From Planctomycetota bacterium (lineage in GTDB: Bacteria; Planctomycetota; UBA1135; UBA2386): a stretch of DNA of 64,000 nucleotides. Location of the stretch: NCBI GenBank assembly GCA_965223545.1, contig OZ245006.1, positions 2,848,001 through 2,912,000 of the forward strand, given 5' to 3'. Position numbers and translations under genes: made by a program. This document shows positions 19,165-28,786 of this stretch, one piece after another; position 1 is the first letter of the stretch, and every line of letters begins with the position of its first letter. The notes under the pieces are model-generated. The model did not search any database and was not told the DNA's origin. It worked only from the letters and a program-made list of their open reading frames with translations.

Positions 19165-20448
19165 TCACCGCTCGGCGCCGCGCTTCTTTACCAAGCCGCC
19201 ATCGACGAGCATCTCGGTCGGGTAGAGCACCACCTCGTCGCTCTCGACCAGCCCGTCGCGTACCTCCGACTCGAGCGGGCCGCGCCGGCCGAGCTGAACG
19301 ATGACCCGCTCCGCCACCTCGCCGCGCACGACGAACACCGCCCACTGATCGCGCCAGCGAAACAGCGCACCCGCCGGCACCAGCAAGAGGTCGTCACCGC
19401 GCCACAGCTCGACGCGCACCTCGACCCGATAGCCATCGCCGAGCCGCGCCCACGCGCCGGCGGCGACCTGCTCGGGGTCCGGGTCGACGATCACGTTGAC
19501 GCGCTGCTCCTCGATGCCGAGCGCCGAGACGCGCGTGAAGCCACCCGGCTCGATGCGACGCACCCGCCCACCGAGCACGCGGGCGGCGCCCGCCTCGGTC
19601 TCGCCGCCGAAGCCGTGCACCTCGACCGGCATGCCGGGCCGCATCTTGACCGCCTGCTGCGAGAGAAAGTCGGCGACGATCTCCAGCTCGGCCACGTCGC
19701 CCACGTCCAAGATCGCGGTCCCCGCCGGCATCGTCCGAGCGCTCTCCTCGAACACGCGGAGCACCGCCCCGTCGATCGGCGAGCGCAGGCGCAGCACGCC
19801 ATCGTGCTCCGCATCGGTCCGGCCGCCGGCGTCCGACGGCGCCACCGCCGCCGGCAACCCGTCCTGGTCCGCCGCCCTGACGCGCAGCGTCGCGTTTGCC
19901 AGCTCCAGCTCGTACTCGGCCACCGCCACGCGGAACTCGGCGGCGCGCACCGCTTCGCGCGCCTGGCGCGCATCCCGCACCGCCGCGTCGAGCGCGCGCG
20001 GCGGCGCGTTGTCCCGCGCGCGGAGCTCCTCGGCGCGGCGCAGTTCGGCGGAGGCGTACTCCTCCTGCGCAGCCGCCTGGGCCAGCTCGGCGCGGGCCTG
20101 CCGCAGCGCGGCCTGTGCCCGCCGCTCGCGGGCGACCGCCTCGGCGCGGGCACGCGCATCGAGCGGGTCGGCGGCGATCGGCGCGAACTCGGCCACCAGG
20201 GTCTCGCGTGCGCGCACGGTGTCGCCGGCCTCGAGCGGAGGTCGCAGCAGCCGGCCGCGCACCGGCGCGCTGATCGTGTAGCGGTCGCGCACGCGGGTGC
20301 GCCCGTCGTCATCCGCGGTGATGGCGAGCGCCCCCCGACGCACGCCAGCGGCGTCCACCAATACGGGTTGGGGCTGGAAACCTCGCCACAACCCGAAGGC
20401 CACCGCGCCCAATACCACAAGCCAGATCGATCGTTTCAGCCAACGCAC
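19165..20448 (-). CDS. Efflux membrane-fusion (HlyD/MacA-like) adaptor protein
   Basis: N-terminal TM, ISAPVRGRL, coiled coil, LRSPIDGAVL, SALGIEEQRV. Confidence 0.88.
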   Translation of the reverse strand: MRWLKRSIWLVVLGAVAFGLWRGFQPQPVLVDAAGVRRGALAITADDDGRTRVRDRYTISAPVRGRLLRPPLEAGDTVRARETLVAEFAPIAADPLDARARAEAVARERRAQAALRQARAELAQAAAQEEYASAELRRAEELRARDNAPPRALDAAVRDARQAREAVRAAEFRVAVAEYELELANATLRVRAADQDGLPAAVAPSDAGGRTDAEHDGVLRLRSPIDGAVLRVFEESARTMPAGTAILDVGDVAELEIVADFLSQQAVKMRPGMPVEVHGFGGETEAGAARVLGGRVRRIEPGGFTRVSALGIEEQRVNVIVDPDPEQVAAGAWARLGDGYRVEVRVELWRGDDLLLVPAGALFRWRDQWAVFVVRGEVAERVIVQLGRRGPLESEVRDGLVESDEVVLYPTEMLVDGGLVKKRGAER

Positions 20449-20449
20449 T

Positions 20450-22819
20450 TCAGTCTCGGGTCTTCAGCACTTGCACGATATCCAGGGAGTCCAACCGTCG
20501 CCAAGCCGACCACGCCGACAGCACCGCGGCGACCAGTACGGTCGCCACCGCCAGGGCATCGGTGGCCGGCGCGATCACCAGCGGCAGACGGAACTGGTCG
20601 CTGACGAAGCCGGGGCTGTTGACCAACAACGCCGCGAACCAATGGCCGAGGAGCAGACCCACCGGCAACGCAAGGGCGACCAGGATGCCGAGCTCGCCGA
20701 GCAGGATCGCCGACACCTCGCGCCGGCGGAAGCCCAGCACGCGCAGGCTCGCCAGCTCGCGCGCGCGCTCGGCGACCGTGATGCGCGCGGTGTTGTACAG
20801 CACGCCAGCGGCGAGGATCAGCGAGAACAGCAGAGTGACCACGACCGAGCGGCCGAGATTCTCGCGCAGCAGGGTGCGCATGCTGCGCAACGCCGTCTCC
20901 CGCACCGACAGCCCCGCGATCGCCGGCGTGTCGATCACCGCGCGATGCAGCGCGGGCAGCTCCGCCGCGTCCACCGCACACCAGGCACCGTTGAGGTTGG
21001 GGGTCTCGCCGAGCAGCTCGCAGAGCGCATCCAACCGCATGTACGCCGACACCCCGACCCAGGTCTCGGCCACGCGCGCGACCGCCACGTCGCGCACCGT
21101 GCGCGCGCCTTCCTGGATCTCCATCCGCACCCGGTCGCCGGCGGTGACGCCCAAGCGCCGCGCCAGGATGCCCGACAGCACCAAGCCCGCGGGCGGCGGC
21201 TCGATGTCGCGGAGCTCGACGTCCAAGAGGCCGTGGAGCGTGGTGTCCGCCGTCAGGCCCGTGACCGCGGTCGTCCGACTGCGCCAGCCCGCGCGCAGCC
21301 GCACCGGCACCAGCCGGAATGCCTCGGCGTGGCGCACGCCGGGGAGCTGCTCGATCTCGGTCAGCACGCCGGGGCCGCGCGGTTCGATGAGGGTGAGCCG
21401 CGCATCGGCGCGCTCGGCGAGACCGAACTGCACCTGCATGAGATGGGACACCGAGTCGAACAAGAACGCCGTGGTGATCACCAGCGCGGTCGCCATCGCG
21501 ATGCCGCCCGTGGTCATCACCGCGCGCCACGGCCGCCGCTCCAGCTCGCGCAGCACCATGCGGGCCGCAAACGGCGTCCAGCGTGCCAGCCCCAGGCGCT
21601 CGATCCAGGTCGGGCGGTACCCCGCCGGCGCCTCCGGCCGCATCGCCTCCGCCGGCTGCAGGCGCACGGTGCGCCACACCGCGCCCCAGGCGCCGACCAC
21701 GGCGATCGCGGCCGTGATCGCCACAGTGCGCGAGACGGCACCAAAGCCGAGGACCACCGGCAGCGACGGAAACCGGTAGTAGTCCAGATAGACCTGTGTC
21801 ATGCCGTGCGCCAGCCAGGCCCCGACCGCCAGACCGAGCACACAGCCGGTGGCGACGACCACGCCGACCAGTTTGGCGAAGTGCAGGCCGACCTCCAAGT
21901 CGCGGTAGCCGAGCGCCTTGAGCGCCGCGATCTGCTCGCGCTGGGCGGCGACGACCCGGCCGATGACGATGTGCAACAAGAACGCGGCGACGGCGAAGAA
22001 CAGGCCCGGCAGCATGGTGGTGAACGTGCGCAGCTGCGTGATCTCGTTCTCGACGAAGAACGCCGACACTTGATCGGCGCGCGGCACGGCGCCGACGCCA
22101 CCGTAGGCGGCGAGCACGCGGTCGACGCGGGCCAGCGTCGCCGGCATCGACACACCGCGACCGATCTGCAGGCAGACGTCGTTGAAGGCGCCGTCCATGT
22201 CCACGGCCGCCGCCAACGCGTCGCGGCGCATCCACAGCACTCCGAAGCGGCGGTCGTCCGGAAACAACTGGCCCGGTCCCACCGTGTAGATGAACTCCGG
22301 CGAGAGCGCCGTGCCGACCACGGCGAGCTCCTGCCACCTCCCTTCGATGACCGCTTGCACGGTATCGCCGAGCTGCAGCCGGTTGGCGAGCAAGAACGCT
22401 TCGTTGACGACGACCTCGGCGGCGCTGCGCGGCGCCGGCAGCCGCCCACTGCGCAGGCGGAGGTCGTTGACCAGCGGGCGCCCGTCCTCGGGCAGCGAGA
22501 GCAGCCGGCCGGTCGCGGTCTCGCTGGCTCCCGGCACCCGCATGGTGACGTCGACCAAGACGCGGGTCTGCGCCCGCTCGACGCCGGGCAACGCCGCCAA
22601 CCGTTCCGCGACGTGCTCGGGCGCGCGCACCAGGCTGGCGAACACGTGCGCGAAGCGCTCGCGCGCGTAGTAGTCGCCGCGCGCTGCCAGCAGCGAGTGC
22701 ATCGTCGCACCGAGGCCGACGTAGAGCGCGATGCCACTGGCCACGACCAACGCGATGGCGAGCAGCTGACCGCGCATCCGCGCGACGTCGCGCCAGACCT
22801 TGGTATCGAGGGCGCGCAT
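20450..22819 (-). CDS. ABC transporter permease, duplicated MacB/FtsX-type
   Basis: [11 protein letters not shown] start; QREQIAALKALG and ERARELASLRVLGF motifs. Confidence 0.9.
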   Translation of the reverse strand: MRALDTKVWRDVARMRGQLLAIALVVASGIALYVGLGATMHSLLAARGDYYARERFAHVFASLVRAPEHVAERLAALPGVERAQTRVLVDVTMRVPGASETATGRLLSLPEDGRPLVNDLRLRSGRLPAPRSAAEVVVNEAFLLANRLQLGDTVQAVIEGRWQELAVVGTALSPEFIYTVGPGQLFPDDRRFGVLWMRRDALAAAVDMDGAFNDVCLQIGRGVSMPATLARVDRVLAAYGGVGAVPRADQVSAFFVENEITQLRTFTTMLPGLFFAVAAFLLHIVIGRVVAAQREQIAALKALGYRDLEVGLHFAKLVGVVVATGCVLGLAVGAWLAHGMTQVYLDYYRFPSLPVVLGFGAVSRTVAITAAIAVVGAWGAVWRTVRLQPAEAMRPEAPAGYRPTWIERLGLARWTPFAARMVLRELERRPWRAVMTTGGIAMATALVITTAFLFDSVSHLMQVQFGLAERADARLTLIEPRGPGVLTEIEQLPGVRHAEAFRLVPVRLRAGWRSRTTAVTGLTADTTLHGLLDVELRDIEPPPAGLVLSGILARRLGVTAGDRVRMEIQEGARTVRDVAVARVAETWVGVSAYMRLDALCELLGETPNLNGAWCAVDAAELPALHRAVIDTPAIAGLSVRETALRSMRTLLRENLGRSVVVTLLFSLILAAGVLYNTARITVAERARELASLRVLGFRRREVSAILLGELGILVALALPVGLLLGHWFAALLVNSPGFVSDQFRLPLVIAPATDALAVATVLVAAVLSAWSAWRRLDSLDIVQVLKTRD

Positions 22820-23571
22820 CACCAGGCGACGGACTCGGGCGCGACGCGCTGTGCGTTGCGCTGCACTTCGACCACCGCGCCGCCGGCCAAGCGCACCACG
22901 CGGTGCGCCAGACCGGCGATCGCCGCGTTGTGCGTGATCACCGCCGTCGCAGTGCCGAGCTCGCGGTGGATCCGGTCCAGCGCGGACAGCACACGGATGC
23001 CGGTCTCCACGTCCAGGGCACCCGTGGGCTCGTCGCAGAGCAGCACCTCGGGCTGCTTGGCGATGGCGCGGGCAATCGCCACGCGCTGCTGTTCGCCACC
23101 GGAGAGCTGCGCCGGGAAGTGGTCGGCGCGGTCCGCCAAGCCGACCAGCTCCAGCGCCGCATCCGGCGCCATCGGACGCGGCGCGATCTCGGTGACCAGC
23201 GCGATGTTCTCCCGGGCGGTCAGGCTCGGGATCAAGTTGTAGAACTGGAATACGAAACCGACGCGCGCCCGGCGGAACTCGGTCAGGCGGTTGCGGCCAG
23301 CACCGGTCAACTCCTCGTCGCGAAACCACACCTGCCCGGCGGACGGCACATCCAAGCCGCCGAGAATGTTGAGCAGCGTCGACTTGCCGCTGCCCGACGG
23401 TCCGAGCAGTACCAGAAACTCACCTGCTTCGAGCTCGAAGTCGACCCCGCGCAGCGCGACCACGTCGACCGCCCCCATGCGGTAGGTCTTGGTCACCCCG
23501 CGCATGCGGAACACCGGTCGTGCGGCCGCGGACGCGCCGGGAGCGGCAGCCGTGCGGACAGCCTCGGACAC
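22819..23571 (-). CDS. ABC transporter ATP-binding protein (LolD/MacB-like)
   Basis: [34 protein letters not shown]; start uncertain (23571 or 23505). Confidence 0.92.
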   Translation of the reverse strand: MSEAVRTAAAPGASAAARPVFRMRGVTKTYRMGAVDVVALRGVDFELEAGEFLVLLGPSGSGKSTLLNILGGLDVPSAGQVWFRDEELTGAGRNRLTEFRRARVGFVFQFYNLIPSLTARENIALVTEIAPRPMAPDAALELVGLADRADHFPAQLSGGEQQRVAIARAIAKQPEVLLCDEPTGALDVETGIRVLSALDRIHRELGTATAVITHNAAIAGLAHRVVRLAGGAVVEVQRNAQRVAPESVAW

Positions 23572-23943
23572 GAACCAACGGTACGCGCGCGGACAGGGGC
23601 CAGTCCAGACCCACGGCCTGTGGGGCACGCGGCTCGCAGGTCTGCCACCTTACGCGCCAAGGCCGGCCGCGCCGCTCGCCAGCAGCACTCCGCGCAACGC
23701 GCCTGGTGCGTCGCCTGCGCGGCACACGACGCCACCGCACGATCAACCGTAACAGTCATGTTCACGGGGATTTGCGCCGCCGGCAAACCACGGGGTCCGA
23801 CCGGCGCGGTTTCTCGCGAGTTTCTCCGGTCGATTCCGCGCGCTCCTGTCGTCCCGCTGGACGGAGCCGATCCCGGGCGGCCGGCTCCGCCGACCTCCGG
23901 CGCCCTTCCGCCGCCCACTACGACCTGAAGCAACGAGATCATC

Positions 23944-24135
23944 ATGCACGCCAAGAAGAACAAGAAGAACGTCCGACAAGCGCGCCCCGAGCTGCGCGAG
24001 CTCAACGCCAAGCAGCAAGCCGAGATCGTCGGTGGCGACGGCTCCACGCCGGTCACCACGTCGAGCTCCATCGGCGGCTCCTGGAGCTGGGGAGCCTTCA
24101 ACCCGCAGCCCGAACCGCCGCGCTTCTACTTCTAA
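23944..24135 (+). CDS. Double-glycine leader precursor peptide (bacteriocin/RiPP/signal-like)
   Basis: Leader ...ELNAKQQAEIVGG, then a 32-aa core DGSTPVTTSSSIGGSWSWGAFNPQPEPPRFYF; directly upstream of a C39 transporter. Confidence 0.8.
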   Translation: MHAKKNKKNVRQARPELRELNAKQQAEIVGGDGSTPVTTSSSIGGSWSWGAFNPQPEPPRFYF

Positions 24136-24146
24136 CCCACTGTGCC

Positions 24147-24180
24147 GCCGCGCCGGCCGCCGAACGACGGCCGGCGCGGC
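24147..24180 (+). terminator. 13-bp perfect stem-loop between precursor and transporter (attenuator or mRNA stabiliser)
   Basis: GCCGCGCCGGCCG-8 nt loop-CGGCCGGCGCGGC, with no U-tract. Confidence 0.6.
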
Positions 24181-24219
24181 GTGCCGTCCTTCCCGCTTGT
24201 CCCTCCGGAGGGTTTCGCG

Positions 24220-26445
24220 ATGTGGAGACGCCGCGCCATCGTGCGCCAGCACGACCAATCCGACTGCGGGCCCGCGGCCCTCGCGACAGTGGCCGTCCAC
24301 CACCGCATGCCCGCGGCCCTCCACCGCCTGCGTGAGCACACACACACGGGCCGATCGGGCACCAGCCTGCTGGCCCTGTCGACGACCGCCGAGCGCATCG
24401 GTTTCGCCGCGCGCGCCGTAGACGTCGTCGACCGCGCCCTGCTTCGCGAGTGCCCGCTGCCGGCGATCGCACACGTGCGTCTGCCGGACGGCGGCGGCCA
24501 CTACGTCGTCGTCCACGCCGTGCGCGGCCGCCATGTTGTCATCGCCGATCCGGCCCGAGGCATCGACAAGCTCGCCGCTGACGAGTTCGACGCGCGCTGG
24601 ACCGGGCACCTCCTGCTGCTCACCCCCGACAGCACGCGCCAGCCGACGGCCACCGCTGGCACGCACCCGGCGCGGCGGTTCGTCGGGTTGATCGCAGCGC
24701 ACCGCCGCTTGCTCGCCGAAGTCGCGGTCTGCGCGCTCTTCGTCGGCGCGCTCGGCCTCGCTTCAGCCCACTTCGTGCGCCACCTCGTCGACGCGGTGTT
24801 CTCGCGCGGCGATCGCACGCTGCTCGACGGTCTCGGCGCCGGCATGCTGCTCGTCGTCGCCTTCCGCGCCCTGTTCGGCGCGGCCCGCGAGTACCTGTTG
24901 GCGCACGTCGGACGCCGCCTCGACCTCGCGCTGCACGGCGCATACACCGCCAAGATCCTGCGGCTGCCCCAGCGGTTCTTCGAGACCCGGCAGGTCGGCG
25001 AGATCCTGTCCCGCCTCACCGACGCCGGCAAGGTGCGCGAGGCGGTGACCGCTACTGCAACCACGGTGCTGGTCGACGGCTTCTTCGTCGTCGCCGCGAT
25101 GGCGATGATGCTGGCCTACGACCCGGGCTTGGGGGCGTGCGCCGCCTGCCTCGCCCCGGTGCTGGCGGTGTGCATGCTGGCCCACCAGCCGGCGGCCCGC
25201 CGCCGCGCCCACGCGGTGATGGAGAGCACGGCGCGGTTGCACGCGCAGTTGGCCGAGGACGCGGGCGCCGGCGAGACGATCAAGGCACACGGCGCCCAAC
25301 GGCAGCGCCGCGAGGCCGGCGAGGCGCGATTGGTGCAGCTCGCCCACGCGGGGTTCGACCTGCGGCAGCTCAACATGAGCCTCGGCCTGCTGGCGACTCT
25401 CGCCACCGGCGCGGCCACGGTCGCCGTACTCTGGTTCGGCGGCCACCGCGTGCTGTCCGGCGCGCTGAGCGTCGGCCAGCTCATGCTCTTCTTCACCTTG
25501 CTCGGCTACGCGCTGGATCCGCTGCAGAAGCTGGCGGTCGTCCACCTGCAGGTGCAGGAGGCGCTGGTCGCGATCGAGCGGCTGCACGACGTTCTCGATC
25601 TCGACGCCGAGGACGACGAAAGCGAGGGACGCGTGGTCTTGCCGGCCCTGCGGGACGGCATCGGCTTGCGCGGAGTCCACTTTGCCTACGACGCGGGACG
25701 CCCGACGCTGGACGGCATCGACCTGCAGATCGCCGCCGGCAAGACGACGGCCATTGTCGGCGGCAGCGGATCGGGCAAGTCGACGTTGCTGCGCCTGCTG
25801 CTGCGATTCTACGACCCCGACCAGGGCCAGGTGCTGGCCGACGGCATCGACCTGCGCGACTGCGTGCTCGATTCGCTGCGGGACCGCATCGGCCTGGTCT
25901 CGCAGGAGCCGTTCGTGTTCTCCGGCACGATCCGCGCGAACATCGCGCTCGGTCGACCCGACGCGCCGATGGCCGACATCGTGCGCGCCGCCGAGGCCGC
26001 CGGCCTGGCCGCGTTCATCGCCCGCCAGCCGCAGCGCTACGACACGTTGCTCGGCGAGCGCGGCGCCAATCTGTCCGGCGGCGAGCGCCAGCGCCTGGCG
26101 ATCGCCCGCGCTCTGCTGCGCGATCCCGACATCCTCCTGTTCGACGAGGCCACCAGTCACCTCGACACCGTGACCGAGCGCGCCATTCACGACACACTGC
26201 GCGCCGCGTCGGCCGGCAAGACGGTGGTCCTGGTCGCCCACCGGCTGAGCACGATCCAGCACGCCGACACGATCTACGTCCTCGAAGGGGGCCGCGTCGT
26301 GGAACACGGCGACCACGCGACCCTGCTCTCCCACGACGGCGCCTACCGCCGGTTGTACGACGCGCAGCTCGGGCAGCGATCGCCGCACGCACCCCGCCTT
26401 CCCCATCGCCCCGCGGCCGACGCCGCCCTGCAGGAGACCGCCTGA
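24220..26445 (+). CDS. Peptidase C39-containing ABC transporter (PCAT, SunT/LagD-like)
   Basis: GGAGG RBS; QHDQSDCGPA (Cys), GHYVVV (His), IADPA (Asp); TM domain; [22 protein letters not shown]. Confidence 0.93.
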   Translation: MWRRRAIVRQHDQSDCGPAALATVAVHHRMPAALHRLREHTHTGRSGTSLLALSTTAERIGFAARAVDVVDRALLRECPLPAIAHVRLPDGGGHYVVVHAVRGRHVVIADPARGIDKLAADEFDARWTGHLLLLTPDSTRQPTATAGTHPARRFVGLIAAHRRLLAEVAVCALFVGALGLASAHFVRHLVDAVFSRGDRTLLDGLGAGMLLVVAFRALFGAAREYLLAHVGRRLDLALHGAYTAKILRLPQRFFETRQVGEILSRLTDAGKVREAVTATATTVLVDGFFVVAAMAMMLAYDPGLGACAACLAPVLAVCMLAHQPAARRRAHAVMESTARLHAQLAEDAGAGETIKAHGAQRQRREAGEARLVQLAHAGFDLRQLNMSLGLLATLATGAATVAVLWFGGHRVLSGALSVGQLMLFFTLLGYALDPLQKLAVVHLQVQEALVAIERLHDVLDLDAEDDESEGRVVLPALRDGIGLRGVHFAYDAGRPTLDGIDLQIAAGKTTAIVGGSGSGKSTLLRLLLRFYDPDQGQVLADGIDLRDCVLDSLRDRIGLVSQEPFVFSGTIRANIALGRPDAPMADIVRAAEAAGLAAFIARQPQRYDTLLGERGANLSGGERQRLAIARALLRDPDILLFDEATSHLDTVTERAIHDTLRAASAGKTVVLVAHRLSTIQHADTIYVLEGGRVVEHGDHATLLSHDGAYRRLYDAQLGQRSPHAPRLPHRPAADAALQETA

Positions 26446-27716
26446 TGAACCGCCCCTGGCTCGAGGTCCACGACAGCGCCACCCTCCGCGGCGCCCTCGC
26501 TGCGCGGCCGCCCCGGGTCGCGCGCGCGACGATCCTGCTCGCCGCCGCCCTGCTCGCCACCGCGACGGTATGGCTCGCCACCGCCGAGGCCACCGAGGTG
26601 GTCATGGCGAGCGGCCGCCTGCGCCCCGTCAGCCCGCCGACCGCCGTGTTCAGCAGCCTGCGCGGCGATCACGACGGCGCCGGCGCCCGCGTGCTCGCGG
26701 TCGGCGTCGCCCCCGGTGACACCGTGCGCCAAGGCGACGTCCTGCTGCAGCTCGACGACCGGTGGTTGGTCGATCGACTCGACCAGGCCGAGCGCGACGC
26801 CGGCAGCGCCGAGGCCGAGCTGGTGCGCCTCCGCGCGCTGGCCGCACTTGCGGCACGGCGCCACACCGCCGATTCCGCGAGCGCGGATGCCGACATCGAG
26901 CGCGCGGCGAACACCGTTGCCCGCGCCGAGCGCCAGCGCGCGGCGACCCTGGCGCTCGCCGAGCTCGCTCAGACCGAATGCCAGCGCGACGTCGACCGAC
27001 TGCGCACCTTGGTTGCGCGCGACGCCGCCGCTCACCAGCGCTTGCTCGACGCCGAGGGCGCGTTGCAGCGCGCGCGGGAAGAGCGTGCGCTGGCGGCACT
27101 CCCGGTCGACGACGCGCCGCACACGGCAGCGCGCCACGCCCGCGCGCTGCTCGACCGCGAGTTCGCCATCGAAGTCGAGGAACACGCGATCGCGATCGAG
27201 CGACAACGCGCTGTCCTGGCGACGGCGCGGGCCGAACGCGACAAGTGGCGGCGCGAGCGCTCGCGCGCGACGATCCACGCGCCGATCGACGGCGTCGTGG
27301 TGCGCGGCGAGCACGCCGCCGGCGACCTGGTCCGTCCGGGCAGCGTCGTCTTCGAACTGGCGGCGACCGACCGCCTGTGCTTCACCGCGGAGGTCGCCAA
27401 CGCCGACGTCGCCGACTTGACCGCCGGCATGCCGGTGCGAATCAAGATCGACGCGCTCGACCATCAGCGGCACGGCACAGTGGTCGGGCGGATCGAGTTC
27501 GTCGCACCCGACGCGGGGTCACGCCAGGCCGGCGACGGCGGCGCGGCGGCGAGCTTCGAAGTGCGCGTCGCGATGGGTGAACCCGCGCGCTGGCACGGCG
27601 GCGAGGGCGGCACGCTCCGGCTGGGAATGACCGGAGTCGCCGAGATCGCCATCGAGCGGCGCACGCTGGGCGCGCTGCTGCTCGACCGCGTGCGGCGCGC
27701 GATTCGACTGGGCTGA
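26445..27716 (+). CDS. HlyD-family secretion adaptor
   Basis: TGATG coupling to the PCAT gene; TM segment, GDTVRQGDVLLQLD, IHAPIDGVV, LRLGMTGVAEI. Confidence 0.9.
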   Translation: MNRPWLEVHDSATLRGALAARPPRVARATILLAAALLATATVWLATAEATEVVMASGRLRPVSPPTAVFSSLRGDHDGAGARVLAVGVAPGDTVRQGDVLLQLDDRWLVDRLDQAERDAGSAEAELVRLRALAALAARRHTADSASADADIERAANTVARAERQRAATLALAELAQTECQRDVDRLRTLVARDAAAHQRLLDAEGALQRAREERALAALPVDDAPHTAARHARALLDREFAIEVEEHAIAIERQRAVLATARAERDKWRRERSRATIHAPIDGVVVRGEHAAGDLVRPGSVVFELAATDRLCFTAEVANADVADLTAGMPVRIKIDALDHQRHGTVVGRIEFVAPDAGSRQAGDGGAAASFEVRVAMGEPARWHGGEGGTLRLGMTGVAEIAIERRTLGALLLDRVRRAIRLG

Positions 27717-27820
27717 CTGCCCCGCCAACGAGCTTGGCAGCGGGTTTCTCGAATGCGTCTCGGCTGCACCGCGACGAGCCGCTGAATACCGGCGCGGACC
27801 CCCGTTAGGGTGTCAGACGC

Positions 27821-28765
27821 ATGCATGACTCCCTCGACCATGATCTCGCGCAGCTGCGCGAGCGGATCCACGAGCGAACTCGGTTGCAAGACAAGCTGAC
27901 GGCGGCCCGCGCCGAGCTCGCCAAGGCCAACCGCCAGCGCCAGAAGCTGCGCACCGAGCTCGAGAAAGAAGGCACCGACGTCGCCGAGCTGGAGCGCATG
28001 TCGTTCACCAACCTGATCGTCAGCTTGTTCGGCGACAAGGACCGGCGGTTGGACAAGGAGAAGAAGGAGCTCGCCCAGGCCCAGCTGCGCTACGAGGAGC
28101 ACATGACGCACGTCGAGGCCCTGCGCGACGAGGTCGCCGAGCTGCAGGCCGCCGCCGACGCGCTGCCGGCCGATCTGGACGATCAGTTTGCCGAGCTGTG
28201 CGCGCGCAAGGAGAAGGCGATCCTCCAGTCCGCCGGCGCATCCGGTCGCCAGCTCCAGGCCGTCGCCGAGCAACGGTCCGCGCTCGCCGCCGAACTTGCC
28301 GACATCGACGGGGCGCGGAGCGGGACGGAGCACGCGCTCGCCGCGCTCGAGTCGCTCAAACGCGAGCTCGACGGTGCCCGAGGCTGGGGGATGGTGGACA
28401 TGGCCGGCGGCGGCCTGTTGACCACCGCGCTGAAGCACGGGCGGCTGTCAGCGGCGAAGACCGCGGCCGGCAGAGCGCAGCGCGCGATGTCCCGGTTGCG
28501 CCGCGAGCTGCAGGACGTCGAGGCGCGCGTTCCGCGCCTGAAGGTCGACGTCGGCGGGCTGATGCAGGCGAGCGACTACGTGTTCGACGGCCTGCTCTTC
28601 GATTGGATCGTGCAGTCGAAGATCGGCAAGGCGCGGGAGGAAGTCGATCTGGCGCGGCGACAAGTGCGCAGTGTCGGCACGCGCCTCACTACGCGACACC
28701 GCGAAGCAACGGTGCAGCTCGAGCAGCTGGACCGACAGCGCGACGCGCTGCTCGGCCTCGACTGA
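27821..28765 (+). CDS. Coiled-coil hypothetical protein
   Basis: Long E/R/L/A-rich helical ORF with WGMVDMAGGG and DYVFDGLLFD conserved-looking motifs. Confidence 0.75.
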   Translation: MHDSLDHDLAQLRERIHERTRLQDKLTAARAELAKANRQRQKLRTELEKEGTDVAELERMSFTNLIVSLFGDKDRRLDKEKKELAQAQLRYEEHMTHVEALRDEVAELQAAADALPADLDDQFAELCARKEKAILQSAGASGRQLQAVAEQRSALAAELADIDGARSGTEHALAALESLKRELDGARGWGMVDMAGGGLLTTALKHGRLSAAKTAAGRAQRAMSRLRRELQDVEARVPRLKVDVGGLMQASDYVFDGLLFDWIVQSKIGKAREEVDLARRQVRSVGTRLTTRHREATVQLEQLDRQRDALLGLD

Positions 28766-28786
28766 GGGCGGCCACGCCGCAGGACG

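Noticed and set aside
23623..23638. Sigma54-like GGGCACGCGGCTCGCA upstream of the precursor, and TGGCCCAAAAATCGC (2753-2739, minus) upstream of the Kelch gene
   Set aside because: GG/GC spacing is correct, but mismatches to consensus in GC-rich DNA make chance matches likely; the first is also about 300 nt from the start codon
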